A stretch of 64,000 bases of DNA from an uncultured Planctomycetia bacterium. Its GTDB lineage: Bacteria; Omnitrophota; Gorgyraeia; 2-02-FULL-51-18. A program made the translations under genes and the position numbers. Below are positions 38,527-49,615 of this stretch, piece after piece. Numbering within the stretch: position 1 is the first letter of the stretch; each line of letters starts with the position of its first letter. A model generated the notes under the pieces. It was given only the letters and a program-made list of their open reading frames with translations. It did not search any database and had not been told where the DNA came from. The DNA is taken from assembly GCA_964431835.1 (NCBI GenBank), contig CAYSKO010000004.1, positions 71,519-135,518 on the forward strand. The letters are read 5' to 3'.

Positions 38527-40241
38527 TCGAGAACATCCTGAACGATCGGCGCCGCCGCCACGCCTCCGCGGCCGCCGCCTTCGAGGAAGACCGCGACCGC
38601 GACCTTCGGCTTTTCGGCCGGTGCGTAGGCGACGAACCAGGCGTGCGTCTCACGCTGGCCAGACTGGGCGGTTCCGCTCTTTCCGGCTACGCGCACCCCG
38701 TCCAGGCGCGCGAGCCTGCCGGTGCCTGTGTCCGAGTGAACGACGGCCTCGAGACCCCTCTTCACCGCGGCAAGGTCCGCCGGGTCGGCGTCGAGCGGCT
38801 TGGTGTAGCGCTCCGAGACCTTTACGCCGTTGATTTTCTCGATCACGTGCGGCTGGAGTTTTTCACCTCCGGTCGCCACCGCCGCGGTCATCGCCATGGC
38901 CTGGATCGGCGTGACCTGCAGGTAGCCCTGGCCGATCGAGAGATTCGCAGTCTCCCCATCGTACCATCCCTGACCCGTCGTCTTCTTCTTCCATTCCCGG
39001 GTCGGGATGAATCCCCGGCGCTCGCCCGGCAAGTCGATCCCGCTCAGCTCCCCGAAACCGAAAGCGGCGTTCCGTTCGAGGATCGCATCCAAACCGGCCG
39101 AGAGGCCCGCGGAATAAAAGTAGGCGTTACACGAATGCGCGAACGCTTCCTCGAGATCCTGCGATCCGTGCCCTTCCTTCTTCCAGCATGGGAAGCGGCG
39201 GCCGCCGACTAGGAGCCACCCCGGGCAGTTCACTCGGGTCGAGGGCGACATCTTGCGGCGTTTGAGCGACGCCATCGAAGTGACGATCTTGTAGATCGAA
39301 CCCGGCGGGTACGCGCCGCGTATCGCGCGGTTCAGCATCGGGGCGCGCGGGTCGGTGAGGTAGCGTCCGACGCGACGGCGGCCCTGGGACGTCGCGAACA
39401 GATTCGGATCAAACGACGGCGAGCTATTGAGAGAAAGGATGCCGCCCTCGGCGAGATCCATCACGACGACCGCGCCTTTCGCTCCGCCAAGCTTCGTATG
39501 GACGAGGCTCTGCAGACGCGCGTCGACGGTGAGCTGGATGTTCTTGCCGTCCTTGGGCTCCTTCACGCCGAGCGGTTTCACGATGCGGCCGCGGCTGTTG
39601 ATCTCTATTTGAAGGCCGCCCGAGCGGCCGCGCAGGAACGCTTCGTAGCCCTTCTCGATGCCGTCGCGGCCGACCCAGTCGGAGGCGGCGTACTCGTAGA
39701 GGTCGCGGTCCTCCGCTTCTTCCCGCGTCTGCGAACCGATGTAGCCGGTCACGTGGGCGGCTGCTTCGGCGAGCGGGTATTGTCTTTGCGGGCGCGTCTC
39801 GATCACGAATCCGGGAAGGCGGTCGAGCCGCTCCTCGATCGCGATGGCGGCTTCCTGTGGAATGTCTTCCGCGAGGACCACAGAGTTGAACGACGAGCCG
39901 GCACGGCGTTTCTCGAATCGCTTCTCGAGTTCTTCCGGTTCGACTCCGAGGATGGGGGCTACGATACGGCAGCTCTTATGGAGCTTCGACGCGGCTTCGC
40001 GCGGCACGACGGAGCAATTGAAACTGAGGCGGTTCGTGACCAGCGTAAGACCGTTGCGATCGACGATCTTGCCCCGGGGACCTTCGAGATAGATGACGCG
40101 GATACGGTTCTTCTCGGAGAGCGTCTTGTAGCGCGGTCCCTCGAAGATCTGCATGCGCGCGGCGTTCACGAGAAGAAGCGCGAAGCACGTGAGGACGACG
40201 AGCTGGAGCCGGCGCGCCTTTTCGTCGCCGCGATGGAACAC
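38499..40241 (-). CDS. mrdA: Penicillin-binding protein 2 (elongasome transpeptidase)
   Basis: PBP dimerisation domain plus a transpeptidase domain with the SxxK (PGSIYK), SxN and KSGT motifs. Confidence 0.9.
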   Translation of the reverse strand: MFHRGDEKARRLQLVVLTCFALLLVNAARMQIFEGPRYKTLSEKNRIRVIYLEGPRGKIVDRNGLTLVTNRLSFNCSVVPREAASKLHKSCRIVAPILGVEPEELEKRFEKRRAGSSFNSVVLAEDIPQEAAIAIEERLDRLPGFVIETRPQRQYPLAEAAAHVTGYIGSQTREEAEDRDLYEYAASDWVGRDGIEKGYEAFLRGRSGGLQIEINSRGRIVKPLGVKEPKDGKNIQLTVDARLQSLVHTKLGGAKGAVVVMDLAEGGILSLNSSPSFDPNLFATSQGRRRVGRYLTDPRAPMLNRAIRGAYPPGSIYKIVTSMASLKRRKMSPSTRVNCPGWLLVGGRRFPCWKKEGHGSQDLEEAFAHSCNAYFYSAGLSAGLDAILERNAAFGFGELSGIDLPGERRGFIPTREWKKKTTGQGWYDGETANLSIGQGYLQVTPIQAMAMTAAVATGGEKLQPHVIEKINGVKVSERYTKPLDADPADLAAVKRGLEAVVHSDTGTGRLARLDGVRVAGKSGTAQSGQRETHAWFVAYAPAEKPKVAVAVFLEGGGRGGVAAAPIVQDVLEWLKGAGYL

Positions 40242-40247
40242 TCTTTC

Positions 40248-40754
40248 CTATCTCCAGACGGCCGCGCGGGCCGGACGCACGTCCGAGACGCGCTTGAGGA
40301 ACGGGAAAATAATGGGTCCGGTCATCGCCGCGAGGAACGCCTGCGGCCAGGAGAACGCCTCAAAAAAGATTCCCCACCCGAGCGCCTCGCCGCCGCGTAG
40401 CGACGACTGGAAAACGAGAAGGCTCAAGATCGACGCGAGATAATTGCAAAGCGGCGGAAGGAGGATCTGGGTGAGCAGTCCTTCGCGGAAAAGTTTCGTG
40501 GAAAGGGAGCCCGCGGCGATTCCCACGAGGCCGAGCGTGATCATCTGCCAGCCGATGCGGCCCGCTGAAAAAAGCTCGAGGAACACTCCGGCGAAGCAAC
40601 CGGCCGCGAGGCCCGCGACGGGCCCGCCCGAAAGACCGTAAAACACCACGCCCACGAGGAGGAGCGGAGGCGTGTTGCGCAGGAAGACGTAATGCAGCGC
40701 GTTCTGCGCGAGAAAGAGCACGAAGAGCCAGAGGAAGGCGCGGTTATTCGACAA
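40248..40754 (-). CDS. mreD: Rod shape-determining protein MreD
   Basis: 168-aa polytopic membrane protein located between mreC and mrdA. Confidence 0.8.
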   Translation of the reverse strand: MSNNRAFLWLFVLFLAQNALHYVFLRNTPPLLLVGVVFYGLSGGPVAGLAAGCFAGVFLELFSAGRIGWQMITLGLVGIAAGSLSTKLFREGLLTQILLPPLCNYLASILSLLVFQSSLRGGEALGWGIFFEAFSWPQAFLAAMTGPIIFPFLKRVSDVRPARAAVWR

Positions 40755-41520
40755 CGAGCACCTCTTCGAGCCGGTTCAAGTCCGCGAACGGCTTCACGTC
40801 GGCGACCTGATAAATTTGCCCCGGCTCCTTCCACACGCGCTGGATGGTGCCGACGAGCAGCCCCTTCGCCGCGGAAGCGCCGACGCCGCCCGTTTCGACG
40901 AGATCCCCTTTCTTCACCTCGTGATCCACGGAGAGGTATTTGATGCGACATCCGCCCGACAAAGTGCCGAAAAGGATGCCCGGCTGGCGCGTCCGCTGGA
41001 CGAGCGCACCCACGCGGGAATTGGGGTCGGTGACGAGGAGGACGAGCGAGACGTTCGGCCACGATTCGGCGACACGACCCGCGAGCGCGCGCTCGGCGAG
41101 TACGCCCATGCCGGGGCGGATGCCGTCCTTCGATCCCTTGTCGATCAGGAACACGCGGTTCCACGTGGACGGCGAGCGGCCGATGACGCGGCAAACGACG
41201 GCTTTTTTAAGCGGGGGCGGGATGGACTGCTTGATGTCCAGGAGCTTCGTCAAACGGCGGTTCTCCGAGAGCGCTTCGCGCGTCTGAAACCGCACCTCGC
41301 GCGATTCGCCGAGCGCGTGGCGCAGAAGGCGGTTCTCCTTCGCGTTGCGGCGGAAGTACCAGAGGTCGAGCGTCCAGCCGGCGGCGGCGCGCGAGACGGC
41401 CACGGGGCCTCGGACAAAAGCGTACAGGAAATTTTTGAGGGGAGTGGTTGCGGAGAGAGGAAGAGCGGTCAAGACCAAAAGAACGAGAAAGACTGCGAGA
41501 ATCGTGCGCTTCTTCAGCAC
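40744..41520 (-). CDS. mreC: Rod shape-determining protein MreC
   Basis: N-terminal TM helix, coiled coil and C-terminal beta domains. Confidence 0.85.
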   Translation of the reverse strand: MLKKRTILAVFLVLLVLTALPLSATTPLKNFLYAFVRGPVAVSRAAAGWTLDLWYFRRNAKENRLLRHALGESREVRFQTREALSENRRLTKLLDIKQSIPPPLKKAVVCRVIGRSPSTWNRVFLIDKGSKDGIRPGMGVLAERALAGRVAESWPNVSLVLLVTDPNSRVGALVQRTRQPGILFGTLSGGCRIKYLSVDHEVKKGDLVETGGVGASAAKGLLVGTIQRVWKEPGQIYQVADVKPFADLNRLEEVLVVE

Positions 41521-41533
41521 ACTGAAGCCCTTC

Positions 41534-42607
41534 TTAGCTTTCGATCGTGCGGTTCGCCGAGACCGTGACGCGTTTCAAGTATTGAAGTTCGCTGAGGATC
41601 TTGCCGGTGCCCATCGCGACGCCGATGAGTGGGTTCTCGGCGAGATGGACCGGCAGGCCGGTTTCCTCGGAGATGAGCTTGTCGAGACCGCGCAGGAGCG
41701 AGCTGCCGCCGGCCATCACGATGCCGCGGTCGATCAAATCAGCGCAAAGTTCCGGCGGCGTGCGCTCGAGCGTGACGCGGACGGCTTCGATGATGAGCTG
41801 CACCGGCTCGGCCAGCGCCTCGCGCACTTCCTCGGACGAGATCTTCACCATTTTCGGCAAGCCGGAAACGAGATCGCGGCCGCGGATTTCCATCGAAAGT
41901 TCCTCGTCGAGAGGGTATGCGGATCCGATCTTGATCTTGATTTCCTCGGAGGTTCGCTCGCCGATCATGAGGTTGTAGGTCTTCTTCACGTGCTCGACGA
42001 TCGCTTCGTCGAATTCGTCGCCGCCGACGCGCACGCTCTTCGAGAACACGATCCCCGAGAGCGAAATAACGGCCATCTCCGCGGTGCCGCCACCGATGTC
42101 GATGATCATCGAACCGGCCGGCTCCTGGATGGGAAGGCCAACGCCGATGGCAGCCGCCATCGGCTCTTCCACGAGATAAACTTCGCGGGCGCCCGCATGG
42201 AGGGCGGAGTCGCGGACCGCGCGCTTCTCGACTTCGGTGATGCCTGAGGGGATCGCGATGACCATGCGGGGGCGCACGAAGCGCTTGCGCTTGTGGACCT
42301 TGTTGATGAAATAGCGGAGCATGCTTTCGGTGATTTCGAAGTCGGCGATGACGCCGTCCTTCATCGGACGGATCGCGACGATGGAACCGGGAGTGCGGCC
42401 GAGCATGCGCTTGGCTTCGTCGCCGACGGCGAGAACCTCATGCGTTCCCTTACGGATGGCAACCACGGAGGGTTCGCACAGGACGATCCCCTGCCCCTTG
42501 ACGTTGACGAGGGTACTCGCGGTGCCCAAGTCGATCCCCATGTCGTTGGAGAAGAACCCGAGGAACCAATCGGAAAATTTTTGAAAGACGGCCAGGATTT
42601 GCTTCAA
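41534..42607 (-). CDS. mreB: Actin homolog MreB
   Basis: [33 protein letters not shown] and the actin fold. Confidence 0.95.
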   Translation of the reverse strand: MKQILAVFQKFSDWFLGFFSNDMGIDLGTASTLVNVKGQGIVLCEPSVVAIRKGTHEVLAVGDEAKRMLGRTPGSIVAIRPMKDGVIADFEITESMLRYFINKVHKRKRFVRPRMVIAIPSGITEVEKRAVRDSALHAGAREVYLVEEPMAAAIGVGLPIQEPAGSMIIDIGGGTAEMAVISLSGIVFSKSVRVGGDEFDEAIVEHVKKTYNLMIGERTSEEIKIKIGSAYPLDEELSMEIRGRDLVSGLPKMVKISSEEVREALAEPVQLIIEAVRVTLERTPPELCADLIDRGIVMAGGSSLLRGLDKLISEETGLPVHLAENPLIGVAMGTGKILSELQYLKRVTVSANRTIES

Positions 42608-42649
42608 GAGTATGTAAGTCTAAAATTGGTAATGCAATGCCGCAATTTC

Positions 42650-42678
42650 TGAACGGTCAATTATAGCAACCGACCTAG
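42650..42678 (-). promoter_or_regulatory. Perfect consensus sigma70 promoter upstream of mreB (TTGACA-N17-TATAAT)
   Basis: The minus strand reads TTGACA ccccctaggtcggttgc TATAAT in the 95-nt gap between aroA and mreB. Confidence 0.65.
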
Positions 42679-42702
42679 GGGGTGTCAAACCTTATAGGGC
42701 CG

Positions 42703-44010
42703 TCAGTCCAGATGAAAAACGGCTCCGGTTTGCCGGAGAAGTTCGAAGAAAGTAGGGAAGGACGTGTTGATGCATTCGACGTCCTCGACAACGGTCTCCC
42801 CTTCGGCGATGAGGCCCGCGATGACGGCGGACATCGCGATCCGGTGGTCTTTCTTCGAGTTCACGCGGGCGCCTTTCAAGGGCGTGGGGCCCCCGACGAT
42901 GAGCGTGTCTCCAAGCACCTCCATCTTCGCGCCCATGGGGCGAAGAGCCTGGAGAATGGACTCGATGCGGTCACTCTCCTTCACGCGAAGTTCGGAGGCG
43001 TCGTGGACGACGCTCCGGCCCTCGGCCTGCGTGGCGAGGACGGCGAGGATAGGCACTTCGTCGATCAGGGCCGGCAGTTCCGAATGAGGGATCTCGAACG
43101 CGCGGAGATTTTGCGTGCCCAGGGGAAAGTCGACCACGGGCTCAGGGCCGGAGACGGCGCTCGGCGATTCCTTTAGCTCCGCACCCATGCGCCGGATGAC
43201 CTCGAGGACGCCAGTGCGCGTCGGATTAGCGAGGACCGAACGGAATTCGAGGCGCGAGCCCGGAACGAGAAGTGCGGCGGCGGCGAAGAACGCGGCACTC
43301 GAGATGTCGCCCGCGACGTCGAAGCTGCGCGCCCGGAGCTTTTGCCCGCCGCGCACCGACGCCGTAAGGCCGTTCACTTCAACCCGGCCGCCGAAATAAT
43401 CGAGGAAACGCTCCGTGTGATCGCGGGATTTCTCGGGTTCGGAGACGGACGTCTTTCCTTCCGCGCGGAGGCCCGCCAGGAGGATCGCCGACTTCACCTG
43501 CGCGCTCGAGACGGCGAGCGTCGCGTCGATGGCCTTTAAATTTCCGCCGGTGACGGTGATCGGAGCGTAATTGCCGTCCTCGCGGCCTTCGATGCGCGCG
43601 CCCATCTGGCGCAGGTACGTTGTGACGCGTTTCATCGGACGCGAGGAAAGCGAGTGGTCTCCCGTGAGAGTCGCCGCGAAGGGCTGGCCGGCGAGGATAC
43701 CCAGGAGAATGCGCATCGAGGTGCCGGAATTTCCGAGCCAAAGATCCTTCGAGGGAGCGGTCAGACCGTCCAGGCCTTTTCCGTGGACGCGGATGCGGCC
43801 GGGGCCCAGGTGCTCGATTTTCACGCCCATCGCCTGGAAAGCCTCGCGCGTGCAGACGCAGTCTTCTCCTTCCAACACGTTCGTGAATTCAGAGACGCCT
43901 TCGGAAAGCGAGCCGAACATGATGGCGCGGTGGGAGAGCGATTTGTCGCCGGGGAACGAGAGCGAGCCTTTCAGGTTCCTTTGGCCGCCAGGAATGCGGA
44001 CGGTTTTCAC
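42703..44010 (-). CDS. aroA: 3-phosphoshikimate 1-carboxyvinyltransferase (EPSP synthase)
   Basis: LPGDKSLSHR motif. I took the GTG start at 44010, which overlaps the rluD stop as GTGA. The longer track ORF would run 111 nt into rluD. Confidence 0.88.
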   Translation of the reverse strand: MKTVRIPGGQRNLKGSLSFPGDKSLSHRAIMFGSLSEGVSEFTNVLEGEDCVCTREAFQAMGVKIEHLGPGRIRVHGKGLDGLTAPSKDLWLGNSGTSMRILLGILAGQPFAATLTGDHSLSSRPMKRVTTYLRQMGARIEGREDGNYAPITVTGGNLKAIDATLAVSSAQVKSAILLAGLRAEGKTSVSEPEKSRDHTERFLDYFGGRVEVNGLTASVRGGQKLRARSFDVAGDISSAAFFAAAALLVPGSRLEFRSVLANPTRTGVLEVIRRMGAELKESPSAVSGPEPVVDFPLGTQNLRAFEIPHSELPALIDEVPILAVLATQAEGRSVVHDASELRVKESDRIESILQALRPMGAKMEVLGDTLIVGGPTPLKGARVNSKKDHRIAMSAVIAGLIAEGETVVEDVECINTSFPTFFELLRQTGAVFHLD

Positions 44011-44918
44011 TTTTTCTTCGTTCTCCACTCTTCGATGAGCGCCTGAAGCTCTTTGGGGACGGGGCTTTCGAATTCCATGCGCTCGCCCGTCTTCGGGTGG
44101 TCGAACTCGATTTTCCACGCGTGAAGACCGAGCCGCGAACCCTCGGTGCCGTAGATCTTGTCGCCCACGACCGGATGGCCTTCGTGCTCCATGTGCACGC
44201 GGATCTGATGCGTACGGCCGGTGCGGATCTTCACTTCGAGGAGGGTCGAGCCCGGGAAGCGCTCCATCACCCGGTACCGGCTGAACGCCTCGCGCGCATC
44301 GTCGCGTACGGAGACGGCCATCTTGTGCCGGACCTTCGGATGACGGCCGATCGCGCCTTCCAGGCGGCCCTCTTCGAACCGCACGTGGCCCTTCACGAGC
44401 GCGAGGTAGGTCTTCGAAAGCGTGCGCGATTCGAACTGAGACTGCAGCTTCTTGTGCGCGGAGTTGTTCTTCGCCACGAGCATGACCCCGGAGGTTTCCT
44501 TGTCGAGCCGGTGCACGATGCCGGGTCGATCGCCGCCGCCGGAGGAAGAAAGAGGGCCGCCGCGGCCGAGGAGCGCGTGGACGAGCGTGCCCGTCTTGTT
44601 GCCGGCGCCGGGGTGGACGACAAGACCCGAGGGTTTGTCGATCACGAGGAGGTCGTCGTCTTCATGAAGGACGGACAGCGGAATAGATTCGGGCACGATA
44701 GAGGTGGAAATCGTCGGGGCGATCTCGCCTTCGATCTTGTCCCCTTCCTTCACGGTAAGCCCGGGACGGGCGATCTTGCCGTTCAAACGGACGAGTCCCG
44801 CATCGAGGGCGGCCTTCACCTGGGCGCGCGAATGGCTCCCTCCGAGCGCTTCGGCCAGGAACGCGTCGAGACGCTTCGTCACGTACAGAAAAGGAACGGT
44901 CACTTCGATCTTTTCCAT
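44007..44918 (-). CDS. rluD: RluA-family 23S rRNA pseudouridine synthase (RluD-like)
   Basis: S4 domain plus an HRLDKETSGVMLVAKN catalytic motif. Confidence 0.85.
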   Translation of the reverse strand: MEKIEVTVPFLYVTKRLDAFLAEALGGSHSRAQVKAALDAGLVRLNGKIARPGLTVKEGDKIEGEIAPTISTSIVPESIPLSVLHEDDDLLVIDKPSGLVVHPGAGNKTGTLVHALLGRGGPLSSSGGGDRPGIVHRLDKETSGVMLVAKNNSAHKKLQSQFESRTLSKTYLALVKGHVRFEEGRLEGAIGRHPKVRHKMAVSVRDDAREAFSRYRVMERFPGSTLLEVKIRTGRTHQIRVHMEHEGHPVVGDKIYGTEGSRLGLHAWKIEFDHPKTGERMEFESPVPKELQALIEEWRTKKK

Positions 44919-45661
44919 CAGTGCCCGCTCCCGCGACGGCGGATCGACAGATAAAGGAAGACCGCGCCCGCCGCGAACGCAAGGCTAGTCCACTGCGGCA
45001 GCGTGAGACCCGCGTACGGCATCTGATCGCCCCGCAGGAATTCAAGACCGAAGCGGACGGCGGCGTACGCGCCGAGGTACGCGGTGAAGGTCGACCCTTC
45101 GCGGCGGCCGGGGCGCGTCGAGAGACGGTCGAGCCAGAGCGCGAGCGCGAAGAGCGCTCCCGCTTCGTAGAGCTGGACGGGATGGCGGGCGAATTCCTCC
45201 CCAGGGAAAAGGACGCCCCAACTGGAATCCGTCACGCGGCCCCAGCAGCAGCCGTTCAAGAAGCAACCGAGACGGCCGACGCCGTGCGCGAGAGCGGCGA
45301 GCGGAGAGAAAAGATCGCAGAGCTTCAGGAGCGGCCAGCGGCGGACCACGGCGTAAGCGGATCCGAACGTCGCGGCGGCGATGAATCCGCCGTACCAGAC
45401 GAGGCCGCCTTCGCGGAGAGAAAGGATGTCGAGCGGCCGGCCGGCGTAATCGTCGAAATGCTGGAGCACGAAAAGGGCGCGCGCGCCCAGGATACCGGCC
45501 ACGAAAAGAAAGAAAAGCATGTCCATCGCCACGGGAAGCGGGACGCCGGCGCGCGCGGCCCGCGAAGGAAGCATCATGAAAACCGTGAGCATGCCCGCGG
45601 CCGCCAGGACGCCGTACGTGTACACCGCGTAGGGACCGATATGGAAAAGGACAGGGGTCAC
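44918..45661 (-). CDS. lgt: Prolipoprotein diacylglyceryl transferase
   Basis: Lgt signature GRLGCFLNGCCWG. Confidence 0.9.
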   Translation of the reverse strand: MTPVLFHIGPYAVYTYGVLAAAGMLTVFMMLPSRAARAGVPLPVAMDMLFFLFVAGILGARALFVLQHFDDYAGRPLDILSLREGGLVWYGGFIAAATFGSAYAVVRRWPLLKLCDLFSPLAALAHGVGRLGCFLNGCCWGRVTDSSWGVLFPGEEFARHPVQLYEAGALFALALWLDRLSTRPGRREGSTFTAYLGAYAAVRFGLEFLRGDQMPYAGLTLPQWTSLAFAAGAVFLYLSIRRRGSGH

Positions 45662-46089
45662 GCGCGCACTTCTCCGCGGTTTTTAAGCAGATAGAGCACC
45701 GCGAGCGCGGCGCCCGCCGTGATCGCAACGTCGGCGAGATTGAACACCGGCCAGACGCGGAAATCGAGGTAATCGACCACGTGGCCGAAGCGCAGGCGGT
45801 CGTAAAGATTCCCGAGAGCGCCGCCGAGAACGAGAGAAAAAACAGCGGCAAGGTAAGGCGGCGTGCCGCGGCTCAGGACAAACTTAAAAAGAAAAGCGAC
45901 GCAGACGAGGGAGAAAAGGACGAGTAGCCCCACCGAACCGGAGAGAAACCCGAACGCGGCGCCGGTGTTTTCGACGCGCGTCAGATGAAAAACCCCCGGA
46001 ATCACGGCAAGGCTCTCGCCCACTTCGAACCGGGCGACGAAAACGGCTTTAACGACACGATCCGCGATGAAAACGAGGGGGGGTATCAA
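45658..46089 (-). CDS. lspA: Lipoprotein signal peptidase II
   Basis: NTGAAFG, NLADVAI motifs. TTG start with no obvious Shine-Dalgarno. Confidence 0.85.
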   Translation of the reverse strand: MIPPLVFIADRVVKAVFVARFEVGESLAVIPGVFHLTRVENTGAAFGFLSGSVGLLVLFSLVCVAFLFKFVLSRGTPPYLAAVFSLVLGGALGNLYDRLRFGHVVDYLDFRVWPVFNLADVAITAGAALAVLYLLKNRGEVRA

Positions 46090-46154
46090 AAGGAGGAGGG
46101 GCCTGATCGTGTCCGAATTCCACGCACCGCGGGCGGGCGAAAGACGGCTCTTTG

Positions 46155-46538
46155 TCAGCGACGCTTCTTTTCTTGCTGCTCTTGGCAGGGAACGCAGTAC
46201 TCGACGTACGGGACGACTTTGAGACGGGCCTTCGCGATCTTCTTTCCGCAGGCTTCGCAGTCCCCATAAACGCCGGTGCCCGCGTCGATTTTCTCAACGG
46301 CCGCGTCGATGCGGTGCATGACTTTCTGTTCGTTCTCGGCGAGGTTCAGCGCGAATTCGCGGTCGTAATTGTCCGTGGCCATGTCCGCCATATGCAGGCT
46401 GTAGGCGGAGAGGTCGCCGCCGGCGTCGCGGCCGGAAGCCTTGAGCGTGTCGTTGGCGATGTGCTCGATGCCGCGCGCAAGCTCGGCCTTCTTCTTGAGG
46501 AGCATCTCGCGGTAAACTTTCATGTCTTTCTTTTCCAT
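46155..46538 (-). CDS. dksA: DksA/TraR-family C4 zinc-finger regulator
   Basis: Coiled-coil region plus CEACGKKI...CVPC. Confidence 0.8.
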   Translation of the reverse strand: MEKKDMKVYREMLLKKKAELARGIEHIANDTLKASGRDAGGDLSAYSLHMADMATDNYDREFALNLAENEQKVMHRIDAAVEKIDAGTGVYGDCEACGKKIAKARLKVVPYVEYCVPCQEQQEKKRR

Positions 46539-46539
46539 T

Positions 46540-49308
46540 TCAAGCTCCTTTTACGACTTCTGCGCAGCGCCTGCAAAGAGTGGGATGCTCATGATCTTTT
46601 CCGACGGTTTCGCGGCGGTTCCAGCAGCGCTCGCACTTCGGAAAGGCCGCCTTCCCGACGACCACTCGCGGACCCTCGCCAGCTCCTGCGTCTTCGCGAA
46701 GTTCGACGCGTGAAACCAGGAGCAGCGAGGCCAGGTCGTCGCCGAAACTCGACAGAAATTCGCGGTCTTCCCGCCGAAGGAGCGTCAATTCTACCTCAGC
46801 CTCCAGCGAATTGCCAATTTCTTTTTTCTCGCGTTTCTCCTCGATGGCTTTCAGCACCGTTTCCCGGAAATCCATGAATCGGGACCACCGGAGCTCGAGC
46901 GTCACGTCCCGGACACCCTGCCTAACCTTAGGCCATGCCTCAAGATGCACACTTTGCTTCGCCCCGGTCGCCTGCCAGACTTCCTCGCAGGTGAACGAAA
47001 GCACCGGAGCGAGCACCCGGGCGAGCACCGTCAGGATCTCATGAAGCGCGGTGCGCGCCGAGCGGCCGGAAACCGACCCCCGGGCGTCGGTGTACAGCCG
47101 GTCCTTGAGGACGTCCAAGTAGAAGGACGACATCTCCCTCACGCAGAAATTATACACGAGATGGTAGAGCCTGTGGAGCTGGCCGGTCTCGTAGGCGGCC
47201 GAAGCCTCGTCCTTCAGGAGCTCGAGCTTGGAGGTAGCCCAACGGTCGACCTCAAGGAGATCCTCGTTCTTCAAGGAGTCCCGGGCGGGGTCGAAGCCGT
47301 TCAGGTTCCCAAGGAGGTAGCGGAAGGTGTTCCGGATCTTGCGGTAGCCCTCGGCGAGGCGCTGGAGGCCGTCCGGGGACATCCGGATGTCGTCCGAGAA
47401 GTCGCTCGAGGCGACCCAGAGGCGGAGGATGTCCGCGCCGTACTGTTTCATGACGTCGAAGGGCGAAATCACGTTCCCTTGAGACTTGGACATCTTCTTT
47501 CCCTCGCCGTCCACGATGAAGCCGTGCGTGAGGACCGTCTTGAACGGCGCGATGCCCGACATCCCACAGGAAACCAGAAGCGAGCTCTGGAACCAGCCGC
47601 GGTGCTGATCCGATCCTTCGAGGTAAAGATCAGCCGGAAACGCCAGACGGTCGCCTTCCAAGAGGACGGAGACGTGGCTCGCGCCGGATTCAAACCAGAC
47701 ATCGAGGATGTCCTCGCCCTTTTTCAGATCCTTGCGGCCGCATTTGGGGCACGGGAATTTTCCGCCAGTGAGATCCATCGCCGACTTCGTGAACCAAGCG
47801 TCGGAGCCTTCCGCGCGGAACAAGTCGCGGACGTGGCGCAGGAGCGACGGGTCGAGCACGACCTCGTCGCAGGACGTGCACGAGAGCGCGGGGATCGGGA
47901 TACCCCAATAGCGCTGGCGTGAGAGACACCAGTCGGGGCGCGTCTCGAGCATTCCCGAAATACGGTTCTGGCCGACCTCTGGAATCCACTTCGCCTTGCC
48001 GACGGCTTCGAGCGCTTTTTTGCGGAGGTCGTTCTTATCGACGGACATGAACCACTGCCTGGTCGCGCGCGTGAGGACCGAGTTCTTGCAGCGCCAGCAG
48101 GTCGGATAAGAGTGCGTGATCTGCCCGGCTTTCACGAGGCGGCCGCTGGATTCGAGCTTGGCGACGACTTCGGGATTCGCCTTCAGGATGTACTTGCCCT
48201 TGAATTCGCCCGCCTCTTCCTTGAACTTCCCCTTTTCGTCGACGGGCATGAGGGTCGGCAGGCCGTACTTCACGCCGGTGCGATAATCCTCGATCCCGTG
48301 GCCGGGCGCGGTGTGGACGCAGCCCGTGCCGTCGCCGCTCGAAACGTAATCGGCGAGGACGACGCGGGATTCGCGGTCGAGGAAAGGGTGGCGCGCGCGG
48401 AGGTTCTCGAATTTTTTGCCGGGCAGCGTGGCGACGGTCGCGCGGGCGTCTTCTTCGTCCAACCCCCATTCGGCCGCGAGTGCGGGCACGCGGTCGGCGA
48501 GGGTCACGAGAAGGCCGTGTTGCTTCGAGCGCCACACCGCGTATTCGAAATCGGGATGGAGCGCGACGGCGACGTTCGCGAGGAGGGTCCAGGGAGTGGT
48601 CGTCCAGATCACGAAGTAAGCGTCCTCGTCGACGCCGGCCTTTTTCATCTCTTCGCGCGGAACGGGGAACTTGACGAAGATCGACGGCGACACGTGCTTC
48701 TCGTCGTACTCGAGCTCGGCCTCGGCGAGCGCCGTTTCGCAGCTCGCGCACCAGTGCACCGGCTTCAAGCTCTGGTAGACGAAACCCTTCTCGACCAGGC
48801 GGGTGAACGCTTCGATAGTGGCGGCCTCATACTCCGGCGCGAGCGTGAGATAAGGATTCTCCCAGTCGGCGAAAACGCCGATGCGTTTGAACTGCTCGCG
48901 CTGCTTGTCGACGAAAGCCATCGCGTAGGCGTGCGCCTTCTTGCGGAATGCCGCGGCGTCGATCTCGTGCTTGGTGATCTTCAGTTCTTTGAAAAGCTGG
49001 TGTTCGACCGGCAGGCCGTGGCAGTCCCATCCCGGCACGTAAGGCGCGTCGAAGCCCTTCATCGTCTTGTATTTCACGAACGCGTCCTTCAGGACCTTGT
49101 TGAGGACGTGGCCCATGTGGATATCGCCGTTGGCGTAGGGCGGGCCGTCGTGGAGCACCCACTTCTTCCGGCCGGCCGAAGCCTCGCGGATGCGGGCGTA
49201 GATTCCCTCTTTCGCCCATTTCTCGAGCAGGACCGGCTCCCTCTGTGGGAGGTCGGCCTTCATGGGAAAATCCGTGACCGGCAGGTTGACGGTGGTCTTA
49301 TAGTCCAT
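46540..49308 (-). CDS. ileS: Isoleucine--tRNA ligase
   Basis: 922 aa with [12 protein letters not shown] (HIGH) and KMSKS motifs and a C-terminal Zn-binding Cys cluster. Confidence 0.97.
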   Translation of the reverse strand: MDYKTTVNLPVTDFPMKADLPQREPVLLEKWAKEGIYARIREASAGRKKWVLHDGPPYANGDIHMGHVLNKVLKDAFVKYKTMKGFDAPYVPGWDCHGLPVEHQLFKELKITKHEIDAAAFRKKAHAYAMAFVDKQREQFKRIGVFADWENPYLTLAPEYEAATIEAFTRLVEKGFVYQSLKPVHWCASCETALAEAELEYDEKHVSPSIFVKFPVPREEMKKAGVDEDAYFVIWTTTPWTLLANVAVALHPDFEYAVWRSKQHGLLVTLADRVPALAAEWGLDEEDARATVATLPGKKFENLRARHPFLDRESRVVLADYVSSGDGTGCVHTAPGHGIEDYRTGVKYGLPTLMPVDEKGKFKEEAGEFKGKYILKANPEVVAKLESSGRLVKAGQITHSYPTCWRCKNSVLTRATRQWFMSVDKNDLRKKALEAVGKAKWIPEVGQNRISGMLETRPDWCLSRQRYWGIPIPALSCTSCDEVVLDPSLLRHVRDLFRAEGSDAWFTKSAMDLTGGKFPCPKCGRKDLKKGEDILDVWFESGASHVSVLLEGDRLAFPADLYLEGSDQHRGWFQSSLLVSCGMSGIAPFKTVLTHGFIVDGEGKKMSKSQGNVISPFDVMKQYGADILRLWVASSDFSDDIRMSPDGLQRLAEGYRKIRNTFRYLLGNLNGFDPARDSLKNEDLLEVDRWATSKLELLKDEASAAYETGQLHRLYHLVYNFCVREMSSFYLDVLKDRLYTDARGSVSGRSARTALHEILTVLARVLAPVLSFTCEEVWQATGAKQSVHLEAWPKVRQGVRDVTLELRWSRFMDFRETVLKAIEEKREKKEIGNSLEAEVELTLLRREDREFLSSFGDDLASLLLVSRVELREDAGAGEGPRVVVGKAAFPKCERCWNRRETVGKDHEHPTLCRRCAEVVKGA

Positions 49309-49315
49309 CGGTAGG

Positions 49316-49615
49316 CTAACGGAGATTCGCGGCGATTTGGAACAACGTCTTGACCGCGAATAGCTTGAGGAAGTAGATGAAAAGGCTCGCGAGGATCGGC
49401 GAGAGGTCGATTCCGATCTTGTAGCTCGGCACGAGCTGGCGGAACGGCGCGAGTAGCGGCTCGGTCGTTCGCTCGATGAACTGGACGATCGGCGAGCTCG
49501 GATCCGGATTCACCCACGAAAGGAGGGCCCGGATGACCACGAGCCACATAAGGATCGTGAGCACATAATCCAGGATGACCGCGAACGCCTGCAGGAAATT
49601 GGCCAGAACGAACAT
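49316..49615 (-). CDS. yggT: YggT-family membrane protein
   Basis: 99 aa with two TM helices, adjacent to proC-yggS. Confidence 0.8.
   Translation of the reverse strand: MFVLANFLQAFAVILDYVLTILMWLVVIRALLSWVNPDPSSPIVQFIERTTEPLLAPFRQLVPSYKIGIDLSPILASLFIYFLKLFAVKTLFQIAANLR

Noticed and set aside
46090-46154. Strong AAAGGAGGAGGGG Shine-Dalgarno-like string on the plus strand between lspA and dksA.
   Set aside because: No plausible plus-strand start at the correct spacing. The only plus ORFs there are antisense to dksA/lspA. It is the complement of the lspA upstream region and probably coincidental.
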